A stretch of 62,349 nt of DNA, the filler included, from Scyliorhinus canicula (taxonomy: Eukaryota), in NCBI RefSeq assembly GCF_902713615.1. It is 4 parts of 4 records of this genome, joined end to end, with 100 filler letters (N's around TTAATTAATTAA, not from the genome) between each part and the next. Parts side by side here need not be neighbours in the genome. Positions count along the whole stretch, not along the records: positions 24,259 to 45,027 come from NW_024055498.1; positions 45,128 to 59,275 come from NW_024055444.1; 2 more parts are not named here. The stretch is one strand, 5' to 3'. The notes beneath the pieces were generated by a model. That model was not told where the DNA came from and ran no database searches. It saw nothing but the letters and a program-made list of their open reading frames with translations. Each line of letters starts with the position of its first letter. The stretch's first letter is position 1. This document shows positions 37,517 through 49,866 of the stretch, in pieces. Position numbers and translations under genes: made by a program.

Positions 37517-39403
37517 TCGGTTGACGTTCGGACGCTGTAGATTTTCCTCAGCTGTTTATTATGATCTGTGTGTGACAGAAATACAATATCTCCTCTTGGT
37601 GACTCTAACAGTAAAATTCTCTCAGTTTATTATTCTGCATCTGTAACTGAGACGATCATGGACAGTATTTCTGCTTTTCAGTTTAAAATGTACGAGATCA
37701 TTTTGGCTGTAATGTAATTGTAACTAATAATTTCTTTCAATGTCATGTCTAAATAAGTAATTTATCTCGTACCTTATTAACAACTGTTGCCTTCCCTTTA
37801 TGTTGAGCTCTTGTTCTCTCTTGTGTCTGTTACAGTTGTACATACATTTGGCAGCTCAGAGGGCATGTGCTCTGTTCTCACTGTGACACTCAATCGTTAT
37901 GTTCCCTTTTGTAAACATCAAAATAAAGTTTTGTGTAATATTTTTGCTGAAATTTTAATAAATATTGAATGAAAAATGAAAAAATAAGACTAATCTGAAC
38001 TCCTTTCTCTAAGGTCCATCGACACTGATCCTTTTCTCCGATTATACAGTTTGCTCCCCTTTCTCAGACAGATATTTCCCGCCAGTCCTGTCTGGGATGT
38101 GTCTGAACTCAAGGGCCCTCAGTGAAAGAGCCACTGCGCCACCAAGCGGCCCATCCGGGTTACGACACCTTCACCTTTGCCTTTTTATGGTAAACACCAT
38201 AGACAGGATGATTGCACAGCTGAAGAATTCCACAGATTCACTCCCCTCTGATGGAAGAATGCTTCCTCGTCTCTCTCCTAAATTTGAGACTCCTTACTCT
38301 TAGATTATGCCCTCTGGTCCTAGACTCTCCCACAAGAGGAAACAAGATGATTTTTCAGGCTGTGTAACTGGTTAAAGCTCTTTCCACAGTCAGTTCACTG
38401 GAACACTCCCACTCAGATGTGTGTGTGTCTCGGGGCTTTTCCAGTCTCACTGATGTTTGAAATCTCTTCCCACAGTCAGAACAGACAAACACATTGACAG
38501 TTTGTGATATTTAGATCCTAATGAATTGAGTGACTGTCAGATCTTGATGTTGTATTTGGTTCGAGTTTCCCAGCTGCCAATCCTCCCGTTCTAATGCCTG
38601 AAATAGAAGTTTACAAAAATGATCACTGTAAGAATGTGATAGAAATTCACAACAGATCATTCTAGTTTCTATGGAACCTTCTTTCCCCTCTTGCTTTCCC
38701 CAAGCATGTGGTTCAGTCAAAATAAAAGACCAAAATCAGCTAGAAGTCTCAACAAAAGTGTAGGGAACCTTCCTAACTGAACCAGAATATTGTTCCCAGT
38801 GTCTCTGAAACACTCTGTCCGCTGAGGTATCCACTGGTTGTGGAAGGTGTCAAACATTCCGGTGGATACCGCATGCTGCCTCTGCAGGGCCACTGGGAAT
38901 AGACAAGACCACGGAACAGAAGTCAGCAGCCCGAGTAACCACTCACACACATCCATAATAACAATAATCTTTACTGTCACAAGTAGGCTTATATTAACAC
39001 TGAAATGAAGTTACTGTGACAAATATTTAGTTAAACACGGACCCGAATAAGGAAACTTTGCAGCCACCTGTGAAGTTTAAATGTTTCGTTGTGTCAGGAT
39101 GAACCAGCATTTGAGGAGAATGAACTTGAATTGATACAAAGATAAGCATGAGTGAGCATCGTAAGCTGCTATTGTATCGGGGTGTTCTGGATCTCGGAGT
39201 TTTAACCCGGTAGTTAATTGTCAGAGATGCAGTATAATAAACCCTGCACAAAGCAAATGTGTGTGTGAGCAGCATCTGAAGCACCAGGAACCAGCTGGAC
39301 CAACAGAGCTGAATGTCTCCCAATGCAGCCACAGGACTGAACTTATTCCAGCTTCCAAGCCCACCTCAGACCCAACCTCCTGGCTTTTCATCTACAAGAA
39401 CGT

Positions 39404-39725
39404 TTGAGGACTTTGGGTCTGTACTCGTTGGGGTTTAGAAGGGTGAGAGGGGATCTTATTGAAACTTACAAGATACTGCGAGGCCTGGATAGAGTGGACA
39501 TGGAGAGGATGTTTCCACTTGCAACAAAAACTAGAACCAGAGGACACCATCTCAGACTAAAGGGACGATCCTTTAAAACAGATGAGGAGGAATTTCTTCA
39601 GCCAGAGGGTGGTGAATCTGTGGAACACTTTGCCGCAGAAGGCTGTGGAGGCCAATTCACTGAGTGTCTTTAAGACAGAGATAGGTAGGTTCTTTATTAA
39701 TAAGGGGATCACGGGTTATGGGGAG
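39404..39725 (+). mobile_element. CR1-type LINE 3' fragment, interrupted by the LTR element
   Basis: LGLYSLGFRRVRGDLIETYKIL...RRNFFSQRVVNLWN. Confidence 0.85.
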
Positions 39726-40674
39726 TGTAGCCATGCTGGCCACGCAAAATGGACACTGAGCCAAACTAAAATGGAAGGCTGCTGGGAAACAGACAGTTTA
39801 GCCAGAACAGCAATCTGCAAAGAGCAGTTTGCATTCTGCAGCAGCAGAAACCAGTTTGGGCTCAGGTGAAAAGACCTTAGCTAGGTGCAAATGGCAAAAC
39901 GCTTTGCATGCTAATGAGGCCATCAGACTTGAACACCCACACAATAGATACATTTGGTTCTGAATGGACACATTCTAATCAAGACCCAGACATCGAGGCA
40001 CCAGAAACCTCCAAACAAAAGGACATAAGAAACGCCCCCTCCATCACGGAGACCCCCTCGCATTGGGGAATTAATCCAGTATCGATAAGAAATTGATCCA
40101 ATAGGTAGAGCCCGCCCGAGAAGAGGGAAGGACAACGGAACCCCTATAAAAGATAGGGACCTCGTGTTGTCCGGTCTGTTAAACCCGTGCTCCGGCTCCG
40201 ACTGACACCTGGCATCCTGACTCCAGCCGTTGAGCACCAGCCGCCGAAACCGTAAGTTCAACGCTCGCTACGCGATCCAAGCCCACTAGACTCCCAAGTA
40301 CCAGAACGCTTGCTGAAGGCTGCAGACAAAACCAGGACGAAGGCCTCGTTCTCTGACCTTGCCTGTTCCTGTTAGATAAGTATTCTGTTTGCTTATGTTT
40401 AGTTGTAGCTTAGTCTCTTAGTGTGTGCATGAGTATTTATTATTAACTGTATAATAAATATTGATCGTTTGAACTTTACTAATCGGTGTATCGTCTTTAT
40501 TACTTTGAACTTGACCTTGGAATACTTGTGACGTTGCCTATACGGCAACTGGCGACTCCAGAGCTAAATAATTACATAGAACAGAGCCTAGCAGTGTTAA
40601 GCACACGTCGAACTCGGAGGCGTGTTAATACACTCCAATAAACGCGTTTTACGCCCATAGTAAAACGTACAACA
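39726..40674 (+). repeat. 5' LTR, about 949 bp
   Basis: Starts tgtagcc, ends tacaaca; TATA-like ctataaaa near 40144; AATAAA near 40453; followed by tggcgacatcc (PBS, about 40680). Confidence 0.75.
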
Positions 40675-40993
40675 TTTAGTGGCGACATCCGCCGGGACCC
40701 TGTTGTAAGTGGAAACACCACAGTGTCCAGGACCCTGAAATTTGAATTAGAACTCCAAATTGCAGAGAAAGAAAGAGATCACAAGTATTCAAGGTGTTCA
40801 AAATAATAAGCGAAATTCGGAAGTGTGTTTAGTGCATGCGTACTAACAGGGCTGTAAGGTAAAACTGAAAGCTTTTTGTTGCGACAAACTTTCGGTAGTT
40901 TTGTAATCGGAAAATAGCGTAAGCCGTACCCTTTTTTCGAAACACCACCCCAGCAACCCCCTGTTCCAAATTATAAAAAGAGAGTCAGAGGAA

Positions 40994-42743
40994 ATGGCCA
41001 TGCAGGCAATGGAACGTCTGATGGATCCAGCAAAGTTTGTGGTCGCAGCGACCAGCAGCAGTAGCAGAGTAGGCCAGTGTCCCACGTGGGAGCTGGAACT
41101 CCGCAAATATCTGCAGGGAAAGGGATGGCCCCTTTGGAAAGAGTTTTGTGCAAATGAGGAGACAGGTCCCGGAAGTATAGGTCATACTTGGTGGGAGAAC
41201 CTCTCTCAAATACACAAAAAGAGTTTAGGTAAAGCACGCAAGCCGATGGCGATTGTGTCCTGCTTGGCACAGTTGCGAGGCGCAGAGGAGGTCATCAGGA
41301 CGCTCCGGGCAGATTTAGAGGAAAGGAACCGAATGAGTAAGGTCGATGTCAGGGACATCGAGAAAGAAAACCTGGAATTAAAAGGGAAGTTGGCAGAGAA
41401 GGATAGAGAGGTGGATGATGCCAAGAGGGCTCACCAGTCTTGTCTAGCTCATCTGAGCAGTTCCCAGACCCAGTATGAGAAAGCCTATCAGGACATGCAA
41501 CGTGCCGTTCTGATAAGACAGGAATCGGAAAAGCAGGTGGAGGCATTGCAGAGGCAATGTTCCGATCTCAAAGCAGCTTTGAGAGCACTCCATGCTGCAA
41601 CGACCGAACAAAGACAAAGCACAGTTGACCACGCGAAATGCAGGAAACAGATTGCGGAACTGCAATCTCTGCTTTCGGTGCAGAATGGCTTCCAAAGCAC
41701 CTTTGGAGCTCAGTTAGATGGGGAAAATGCCCCAGATTGGCAGGAATTAAGCGAGACAGTGCAGCGTTATGTTCAGGGAACATGTGCGCCCGCAGCTCAG
41801 CAGAAACGACAGGCACCCCAACCCCCCACAGCTCAGACCATAACCGCACCCATGAATCCCATAACCACACAGAGGAAAGCCGAATCAGAAGGCGCCCCAG
41901 ACATAACCTACACCACCCCTTTAACAGTAACCCAGCTAAGGGACGCTTGTGAAAAGATCACTCCGTTCCTCCCCACCGCAGACCCCCACCAGTTTTTTCG
42001 CTAAAGTAAAACAGCAGGCTACCATGTACGGCCTGGATGAGAGAGAGCAGGTTAAGCTCACCGTGCTGAGCTTAGACCAGAGTGTAGTGGCAGCCCTCCC
42101 CGACCCACAAAACGTGGCAGGAGGCAGCCTAGAGGAGATGCACACTGCCATTTTAGATGCCATCGGGTACAATAGAGGTGACCCCGTAGAAGGATTGAAT
42201 AAGTGCAGGCAGAAGAGATCCGAACACCCCACAGCATTCGCAGGAAGGCTGTGGATTCACTTCAGCGCAGTTTTCGGACAGCTAGATAGAGCGCATTTAA
42301 CCCGCGAAAACATGGTTAAGTGGACGCGCACAATTATCTCACACGCAACAGAGGCAGGACAGAGCGCTTGCAATAGTTACGACCCCTCAGAAGAGGCCCA
42401 TAACGAGAAATGGGTCCTGAAAAGATTGTCCCGCGCTTGGGAGCAATCGCTTCAGGGAAAAGGAAAGGTTAGATCCCCAGAAGAGGCTCAGGCTGCTGCA
42501 GATATCCAAGCAGTCAGAGAGCACCAGAAGCCCGCATGGGTAAATGAAGGCAAGAGCAGCCCTCAACAGAAAGGACAGGAATGCTATAACTGTGGACAGT
42601 TAGGGCATTGGGCAAAAGAGTGTAATGCACCCCAGCGATCTCAGAGAGGCCAGCAGACAGGCACTCTGAACCGCAACAAAGCAAAACCCATCCACAATGT
42701 AGCAGTACAGTCAGGACCCACCAATGTGGACGAGACGAACTGA
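40994..42743 (+). CDS. gag: Gag, split by a 1-nt insertion in a T run near 41993-41998
   Basis: ORFs 40994-42004 and 41949-42743 join if T6 is read as T5; zinc knuckle CYNCGQLGHWAKEC. Confidence 0.85.
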
Positions 42744-45027
42744 CGGTGTTCGGGCTCCCCCACTTGGGTCTGTGACACACTATGGGACTCATCAGGGAGG
42801 CCCGTAGTCACGGCGAAAGTCAAAGGGAAGCCCATAGAGTTACTGTGGGACACAGGAGGATCCCGCACCACCATTAACTCCACAACCACGGCACACTCAG
42901 ACACGTGGCCGACCACCTCCACCATCACACTTAGCGGGTTCACCGGACACTCGCAGCAGGGACACATTACAGCACCCATAGCAATTCAGCTAGGGAACAT
43001 TAGCACAAGACACCCCGTAGTTTTAGTAAATCTTCCCCGGACAGCAGAGCACATCCTGGGGATAGATTTTATGAACGCTCATAGCTTGTCGTTCGACCCA
43101 GTGAACCAGTGCGTCTGGCGAATGGCGAGATCAGACAGAGCCCCAGCCACCCTCACAGTAGGAGACTACGCTAATAGGATTAGCGCAGTGGGAGAGTACT
43201 CATTCGACCTGACTACGCTCCACACCGACAGACAAATTAAGGCCCTACTAAACAAACACAGGACAGCATTTGCAAGTCACCGTCATGACTGTGGCAGAAT
43301 GACTGGACAAGTTCATGTTACCGGACAGGACCCCCGACCGCAAAAGCAATATAGATTTCCCCTCGAGGCAGAGGTGGAAATAGAAAAGGTTATAGGCAGC
43401 TTGTTGGACCAAGGTGTACTGAGAACGGTAGCCTCCACCAACAATGCCCCTATTTGGCCAGTGAGGAAGCCCGATGGATCATGGCGTCTGACCATCGATT
43501 ATCGGGAACTCAACAAAGTAACCCCCGCAGTAGCCCCAACGGTAGCTACTAGTCCCGAGACCATGCTCAAGCAGGGTCTCAACGCCAAGTACTTCACGGT
43601 ATTGGACATCAGTAATGGATTCTGGTCAATACCATTGGCAAAAGCGTGCCAATACAAATTCGCATTCACTTTTAAAACGCAGCAGTACACGTGGACATGC
43701 CTCCCACAAGGATTCCACAATTCACCCTCCATTTTCCACCGACAGCTGGCAAGTGGATTAGAAAAATTTTCCCGACCCGAATGTCTGGTACAGTATGTAG
43801 ACGACCTACTACTGCAGACAGACACAAAGGCAGAGCACATTTCGCTTCTGGCCGAACTCCTGGAACTCTTAACAGAAATTGGCTGTAAAGTTAACCCGAA
43901 AAAGGCCCAAATATTGGAAAGTAAAGTGATGTATTTGGGAACAGTCATCACGCAAGGCAAACGCGAGATCGAATTCAAAAGAATTGATTCGATCGTCAAA
44001 TTGCCCCTTCCCCAGAATGTTTCAGCCCTCCGGTCGTTTTTAGGACTGGTTGGCTATTGTCGGAACCACATAGACGGATTCGCGACAAAAGCCGCCCCAC
44101 TTTCAGACCTCCTTAAGAAAGGAGCCCCCTGGGAATGGCTTCCGCAGCATACAGGCGCTGTGGAAGAGTTGAAACGAGCCCTTAGTGCAGCACCCGCGCT
44201 GCTAGTCCCCGACCAACTTTCACCGTACGCAATAGAGGTAGCGAGCACCGATCTGACCCTCTCGGCCGTGTTGCTTCAGGAACGGCACGAGCAGCTAAGA
44301 CCAGTGGCTTATGCCTCCCGACTGTTAGACCCGGTAGAACAAGGATTTTCAGCCTGTGAGAGGCACCTCCTTGCTGTCTTCTGGGCAGTGCAGTACTTCT
44401 CATACATCACCGGACTAAACCCCATCACCATTCTAACCGAACATACACCCACACAGCTACTACTAGACGGTCGACTGAAGGACGGTTCAGTTAGCCAGAT
44501 TAGGGCAGCTAGGTGGACCCTACTTTTACAAGGACGGGACATTACTGTGAAACGGACACGCACACACACATATTTAGCAGACAACCTCCAATACCCCGGA
44601 CAGCCCCATGACTGTGAAATTGTAGCTCCCCTGCATAACACAGGACCCTTTTTAGCAAAAACACCCCCCAGGAAGATAGGGAACCCAAAACAAAGCCCCC
44701 AGCCCACAGACACGTGTGGACCCTTGAGGATTTATGTAGACGGTTCCTCCACAGTTTTAAATGGTGAGCGTATCACAGGATGCGGCATCTATGTAGAGGA
44801 CGCGCAGGGGCGCGCTCTCGAAGAAATCGCTCTTAAGTTACCAGGTCACTTAGGCGCGCAGGCAGCAGAGCTAGCAGCCATAGCGTACATAGTGGACCAC
44901 CCCGATTCTTTCCCCAGCCCAGCGGACATATATTCAGACAGCTTATATGTCTGCAATAGCCTAACAGATTTTCTGCCCCTGTGGAGGACACGAGGTTTTG
45001 TCTCCGCAGACGGAAAACCCCTTCCTC
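42744..45027 (+). CDS. pol: Pro-Pol (protease, RT, tether RNase H, second RNase H), in frame behind the gag TGA
   Basis: LLWDTGGS; NAPIWPVRKPDGSWRLTIDYRELN; LPQGFHNSP; YVDDLLL; IYVDGSS...AQAAEL...YSDSLY; no stop from 42744 to the gap. Confidence 0.92.
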
Positions 45028-45127
45028 NNNNNNNNNNNNNNNNNNNNNNNNNNNNNNNNNNNNNNNNNNNNTTAATTAATTAANNNNNNNNNNNNNNNNN
45101 NNNNNNNNNNNNNNNNNNNNNNNNNNN
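45028..45127. other. Assembly gap; must hide several kb or a join, because integrase and the 3' LTR are missing
   Basis: N run with spacer; pol is cut within RNase H. Confidence 0.95.
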
Positions 45128-45690
45128 TTTCAGAATTCTCTTGATTGTTTCACTTACCTCATGCGGCTTATTAGACTAGTCCGTCCCCATTCCTGTGCCA
45201 TCCTGCAGCCCAATGACGATTTGTAGCAAATGTGTTGCACTGTTTAACAATATAACGTCCGCACAATGCTAAACATTATAACTCATATTTCTGCAGTCTA
45301 ATAAACAATTGTTCTATAAGTGTGAAGGGTAATTTATTGACCATTTATTGTCCTGCTCTGTAATACAAAATTAAGTGATGCACTCTAATATATCGTAATG
45401 CGGTAAACTTTTCAGCACGATCCTTAAAGGGAAGAGATAAGAATTCTGGAGATTCAGAAGAAAAATAAATATTTCAGTTGAGATTCCGCTCTTACCTGGG
45501 ACACCAATAATAGTGAGTGCCGGGTAATAAATGGCAGAAAATGGTCCATTCGCTGGTCCATGCATCGTCTTTCAGGAACTAATTGAATTCTGCAAGGTGC
45601 ACATACTAGGTCTGCAAGACTTCCAAAGGGTCCCTCATTTATACCAGTGAGAGTCTCCAGAGGGGCAATTAAATTCCAACATGCCCTTTA

Positions 45691-46018
45691 GGGGCCTCAC
45701 GGTAGCATGGTGGTTAGCATCAATGCTTCACAGCTCCAGGGTCCCAGGTTCGATTCCCGGCTGGGTCACTGTCTGTGTGGAGTCTGCACGTCCTCCCCGT
45801 GTGTGCGTGGGTTTCCTCCGGGTGCTCCGGTTTCCTCCCACAGTCCAAAGATGTGCGTGTTAGGTGGATTGGCCATGCTAAATTGCCCATAATGTAAGGT
45901 TAATGGGGGGATTGTTGGGTTACGGGTATCCGGGTTACGTGGGTTTAAGTAGGGTGATCATTGCTCAGCAAAACATCGAGGGCCGAAGGGCCTGTTCTGT
46001 GCTGTACTGTTCTATGTT
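45691..46018 (+). mobile_element. HE1-like SINE, young (near-identical to 54049-54385)
   Basis: Full head, core and ctgttctatgtt tail. Confidence 0.88.
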
Positions 46019-46932
46019 TAGTTACAGATCGGTGAATAAACAAATTAAGAGACGAGTCCATGCCTTTCATTTGTTCCCTGGGGTGAACTGCTGAGTGCAA
46101 CTTTTGCGGTCCCTCCCAGCCCCAAGATAATTCTCTGCGCCTCCATCAATCAAAACACCTCTTGTTAACTCTGAGCTGAAGTCTGATCTATGATAAAAAT
46201 CTGTCTCTTTCAATATCTGACATATTGTGCTTTTAGTTGACGGATACGTTGACGTGGTTTGCGTATTTGTAAGTGTTCTGGTGTTTAGTGCTGTATTGAT
46301 ACACAAATATTGAAATATATTTGCGAGGAAAGAACTTGAAATAACTAATCGCAAACATGGAAGGACGTATGAGATCGAGCCGATCGCAGGCAAATGCTGC
46401 ACCGTGTGCACACAGCAGACCCCCTTGTTTATCCTCGGAAACCATCCATTCTGAAAGTGCCTTCAGATGTTCCAGTATGAGTTTAAAGTTTCTAGTGAAT
46501 AAACAATTGATAGGTGGCTGGTGGAATATCAATTCCGATAACATTGGGCAAGTAATTACCGAGACATGACTCAGAAGCAATAACAAGAAGTGCAGTGAAA
46601 ATGGAGGCACGATCCATAAAATCTAAAAATGAACATTTTTCGGACAGTGGGCCGTGCAGGCAATATTACTGAATATATTTAAGAAGGAAATAGAACACTA
46701 AATGTGTCAAAGTGTGTGGAAAATGTATTGGGGTATAGTTTTGATAGAGAACCCATTGTGATCACGTTGGATGGAGGAACCTCCATCTACTCCTACTTCT
46801 CCTTCTCCTACTACTATCTAAAATGTTTTTATATTTCGATGATGCATGGTGCTGTGTGGTATTACCTGAGATTGCACCTCGTAAACTACAGAGGCACTGT
46901 CTAGCTTAGTGTATCATTTCATTATAATATGA

Positions 46933-47146
46933 AGGCAAATTACTGCGGATGCTGCAATCTGAAACACAAGAGATAATGCTGGAAAATCTCAGCAGGTCTG
47001 GCAGCATCTATCGGGAGAGAAAAGAGCTAACGTTTCGAGTCGAATGACTCTTTGTCAAAGCAGTCGTTGGACTCGAAACGTTAGCTTTTTTCTCTCCCTA
47101 CAGATGATGTCAGACCTGCTGAGATTTTCCAGCATTTTCTCTTTTA
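46933..47146. mobile_element. Short palindromic element (inverted arms 46975-47041 and 47070-47136)
   Basis: The arms are near-perfect reverse complements. Confidence 0.75.
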
Positions 47147-47339
47147 TTTCATTATCGTAGGTGCAGTGTCAGTTACTGCTGTAACACACCATGCCACTGC
47201 TCATATCGCACTTGATTTGGCCACTGTTTATACTACACTGTGTTATGTTATTAATACTCCACGAGGGAGGCATGGTGGTGACAAGATCTAATGCAATATA
47301 AAAATACATATGGTCTTGTGGACTTTATTTTAAATTTTT

Positions 47340-47705
47340 CAAATCAAGTGGTAATTTAGCATGGCCAATTCACCTATCCTGCACATGCAATGAAAATGAA
47401 ATGAAAATCACTTATTGTCACGAGTAGGCTTCAATGAAGTTACTATGAAAAGCCCATAGTGGCCACATTCCGGCGCCTGTTCGGGGAGGCTGGTACGGGA
47501 ATCGAATCGTGCTGCTGGCCTGCTTGGTAAACCAGCGATTTAGCCGAGTGAGCTAAATCCGCCCCTGTTTGGGTTGGGGTGAGATCCACGCAGACACGCG
47601 GAGAATGTGCAAACTCTATACAGCAGTGGCCCCGGCGGTTCGAACCCAGGTCCTCGGCACCGTGAGGTAGCAGTGCTAACCACTGCGCCAGCAAGTCGCC
47701 CTCGT
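47340..47705 (-). mobile_element. Nested SINE fragments
   Basis: tagcatggccaattcacctatcctgcac interrupted by an element with an (aatga)n tail and gtcacgagtaggcttcaatgaag. Confidence 0.65.
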
Positions 47706-47824
47706 GGAGTATCAATAACAACTGTCCCACCGGACACCCAGGTCTCGCTGCATTTCCCAGTTTCCTAAACTGCCATCATTCAGAGAATAATCTGCCTTCT
47801 TGTCTTTGCCACCAAGGAGGTTAA

Positions 47825-48515
47825 CCTCACATGTACAGTCGTTGGAGATTGGCATGCAGGTACAGCAGGCGACGAGGAAAGCCTGTGATATGCTGGCCTT
47901 CAGATAGAGAAGGTTTGAGCATAGGAGATGGGATTGCTTTCAACAGTTATATGGAGCCTTGGTGAGGCCGCACCTTGAGTATTGTGTGTAGTTTTAGTTT
48001 GAGGAAGGACATTCTTGCTTTTGAGCATGTCCAGCGAAAGTTCACCAGACTAATTTCCGGGATGACAGGCCTGACATATGAAGAAATACTGGATCGGCTG
48101 GGTTTGCACTCACTGGAGTTGAGAAGAATGAGAGGGGATCTCATAGAAACATATACAATCCTGATGGGACTGCACGGGCCAGATGCGGGACGAATGTTCA
48201 CGATGTTGGGACTAGGGGTCACAGCCTAAGTATAAAGTATGAGCCATTCAGCACTGAGATGAGGCAGAACTTCTTCTCTTAGAGAGTTGTCAACTTATGG
48301 AATTCTCTACCACAGAAAGCCGTGGGGGCCAGTTCGTTGGATATATTCAAGAGGGAGCTGGACGTGGCCCTTGTGGCTAAAGGGAGCAGGGGAATGGAGA
48401 GAAAGTGGGAGTGTGAAACGGAATTTGCATTATCAGCCATGAATATTTGAATGGTGGTGCAGGCTCGAAGAACCGAATGACCAACTCCTGCACCAGTTTT
48501 CTATGTTTCTATGTT
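47825..48515 (+). mobile_element. CR1-type LINE 3' fragment
   Basis: RKDILAFEHVQRKFTRLISGM...LRRMRGDLIETY. Confidence 0.85.
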
Positions 48516-48829
48516 GATATATATCAGTGACCGAACAAATGCAGATATGAAGTTGAAGAGATTTAAACACAGGTTTGTGAGAAAATGGAACCTGTTGCCA
48601 CATGGAGCTTGGAGCAGAGAGTATTGATACATTTATGGGCAGATTTGGAAATACTAGAAAGAGAACAGTCTAGACCGACACAGGGAGTTGGATGGAAATG
48701 GTCAGTTAGATATCGGGTGGGGGGGGGGGGGGGGGGGGGCGGGGAGGACAGTCTGGTCTGGAGTATATGCGCAGACACAATTTAGTTGGGCCGAATGATC
48801 TATTCCTCTCCCCCAATTTCTATACTCTG

Positions 48830-49866
48830 TAAACCACAGAGAATACTGCGTACAGACAACCACGGAGAGAATCAGTCATGGGCGGAAAGAATTGAAAATG
48901 TCAGAGAGCCGGAAGAGGCAGTTCCCAGTGAGTAACAGTAAAACCCACTGCGGAAACTGAGCAGACTGAACCCAACCGACAACTCAGAGACTTTGGGACA
49001 AGTTCCCACGATTACAAGAAACACAAACAGCAAGTTTAAAGTTAGAAACAAATCGAAACTAACAGTAAATACATAAATTTAAAGAGAAACGGAGAAAAAA
49101 ATGAATGAAAGAAGAAAATGGTCAAATCGGAGAAAATGCAATCAGAAACTCTGGGAAATGTTAAACCACAGTCAGTGATTGGGGGGAAGGGGGGGAAGGG
49201 GGGGGGAAGAAGGGGGGAAGAAGGGGAGGGGGAGGGGGGAAGGGGGGGAAAGGGGGGGAAGGGGGAAGGGGGAGGGGGAAGGGGGGAAGGGGGGAAGGGG
49301 GGAGGGGAAGTGGGGGGAGAAGGGGGGAAGGGGGGAAAGGGGAATGGGGGGTTGTTGGGTTACGGGTATAGGGTGGATACGTGGGTTTGAGTAGGGTGAT
49401 CATTGCTCGGCACAACATCGAGTGCCGAAGGGCCTGTTCTGTGCTGTACAGTTGCTGTACTGTTCTATGTTCTGTCCATGGTAGAATCAAACAGAAATAA
49501 GGATGACATTCACTACCTCGGGTGAATGCCTTTCCTTCATGAATGAAATACTATTCGACATGATTTTCCCATAGTCCTGTTATTATCCTTTTCCCATATT
49601 TGACCTTTACCCGTTTGTAAATCACTGTTCAATCAGCTCCCACCACCCATTCTGATAGTGCATTTCAGATCGTTAGAGTTTACTGGGTGGAATAAAACAT
49701 CACCTCAGTCCCCATTGGTTTGCATTGTATCAATTGTATTGTAACAGTGAATACAATTAAAATGCAATTAAAGTGATAACATTGCCACAAAAACTGAGCA
49801 ATTCACGTGATTGGCAAATACTCCAGGTTAATCAGTGGTTAAACCATTTTCTTGATCCATGCTCAG
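48830..49866 (+). repeat. Left arm of an inverted duplication of the intron upstream of the supporting V (partner about 51058-51990), interrupted by a G tract and SINE tail at about 49180-49470
   Basis: 48900-49012 is a close reverse complement of 51810-51922; 49792-49812 matches the reverse complement of 51110-51130; intermediate blocks are colinear. Confidence 0.85.

Larger units (their letters stand above)
39726..45027 (+). mobile_element. Endogenous retrovirus-like LTR element (5' LTR-PBS-gag-pro-pol), truncated by the gap
   Basis: TG...CA LTR, TGGCG PBS, CCHC gag, DTG protease, YVDD RT, two RNase H-like domains. Confidence 0.92.

Noticed and set aside
45495-45565. Minus-strand exon-like stretch ending CCA G|GTAAG (MHGPANGPFSAIYYPALTIIGVPG)
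   Set aside because: Poor leader, no J motif or RSS, and no downstream V seen before the gap.
46733-46800. cattgtg followed by ITLDGGTS, J-like
   Set aside because: No acceptable nonamer at 12 or 23 nt and no splice donor.
49180-49345. Gly-rich and Pro-rich ORFs
   Set aside because: Low-complexity G/A tract attached to a SINE fragment.
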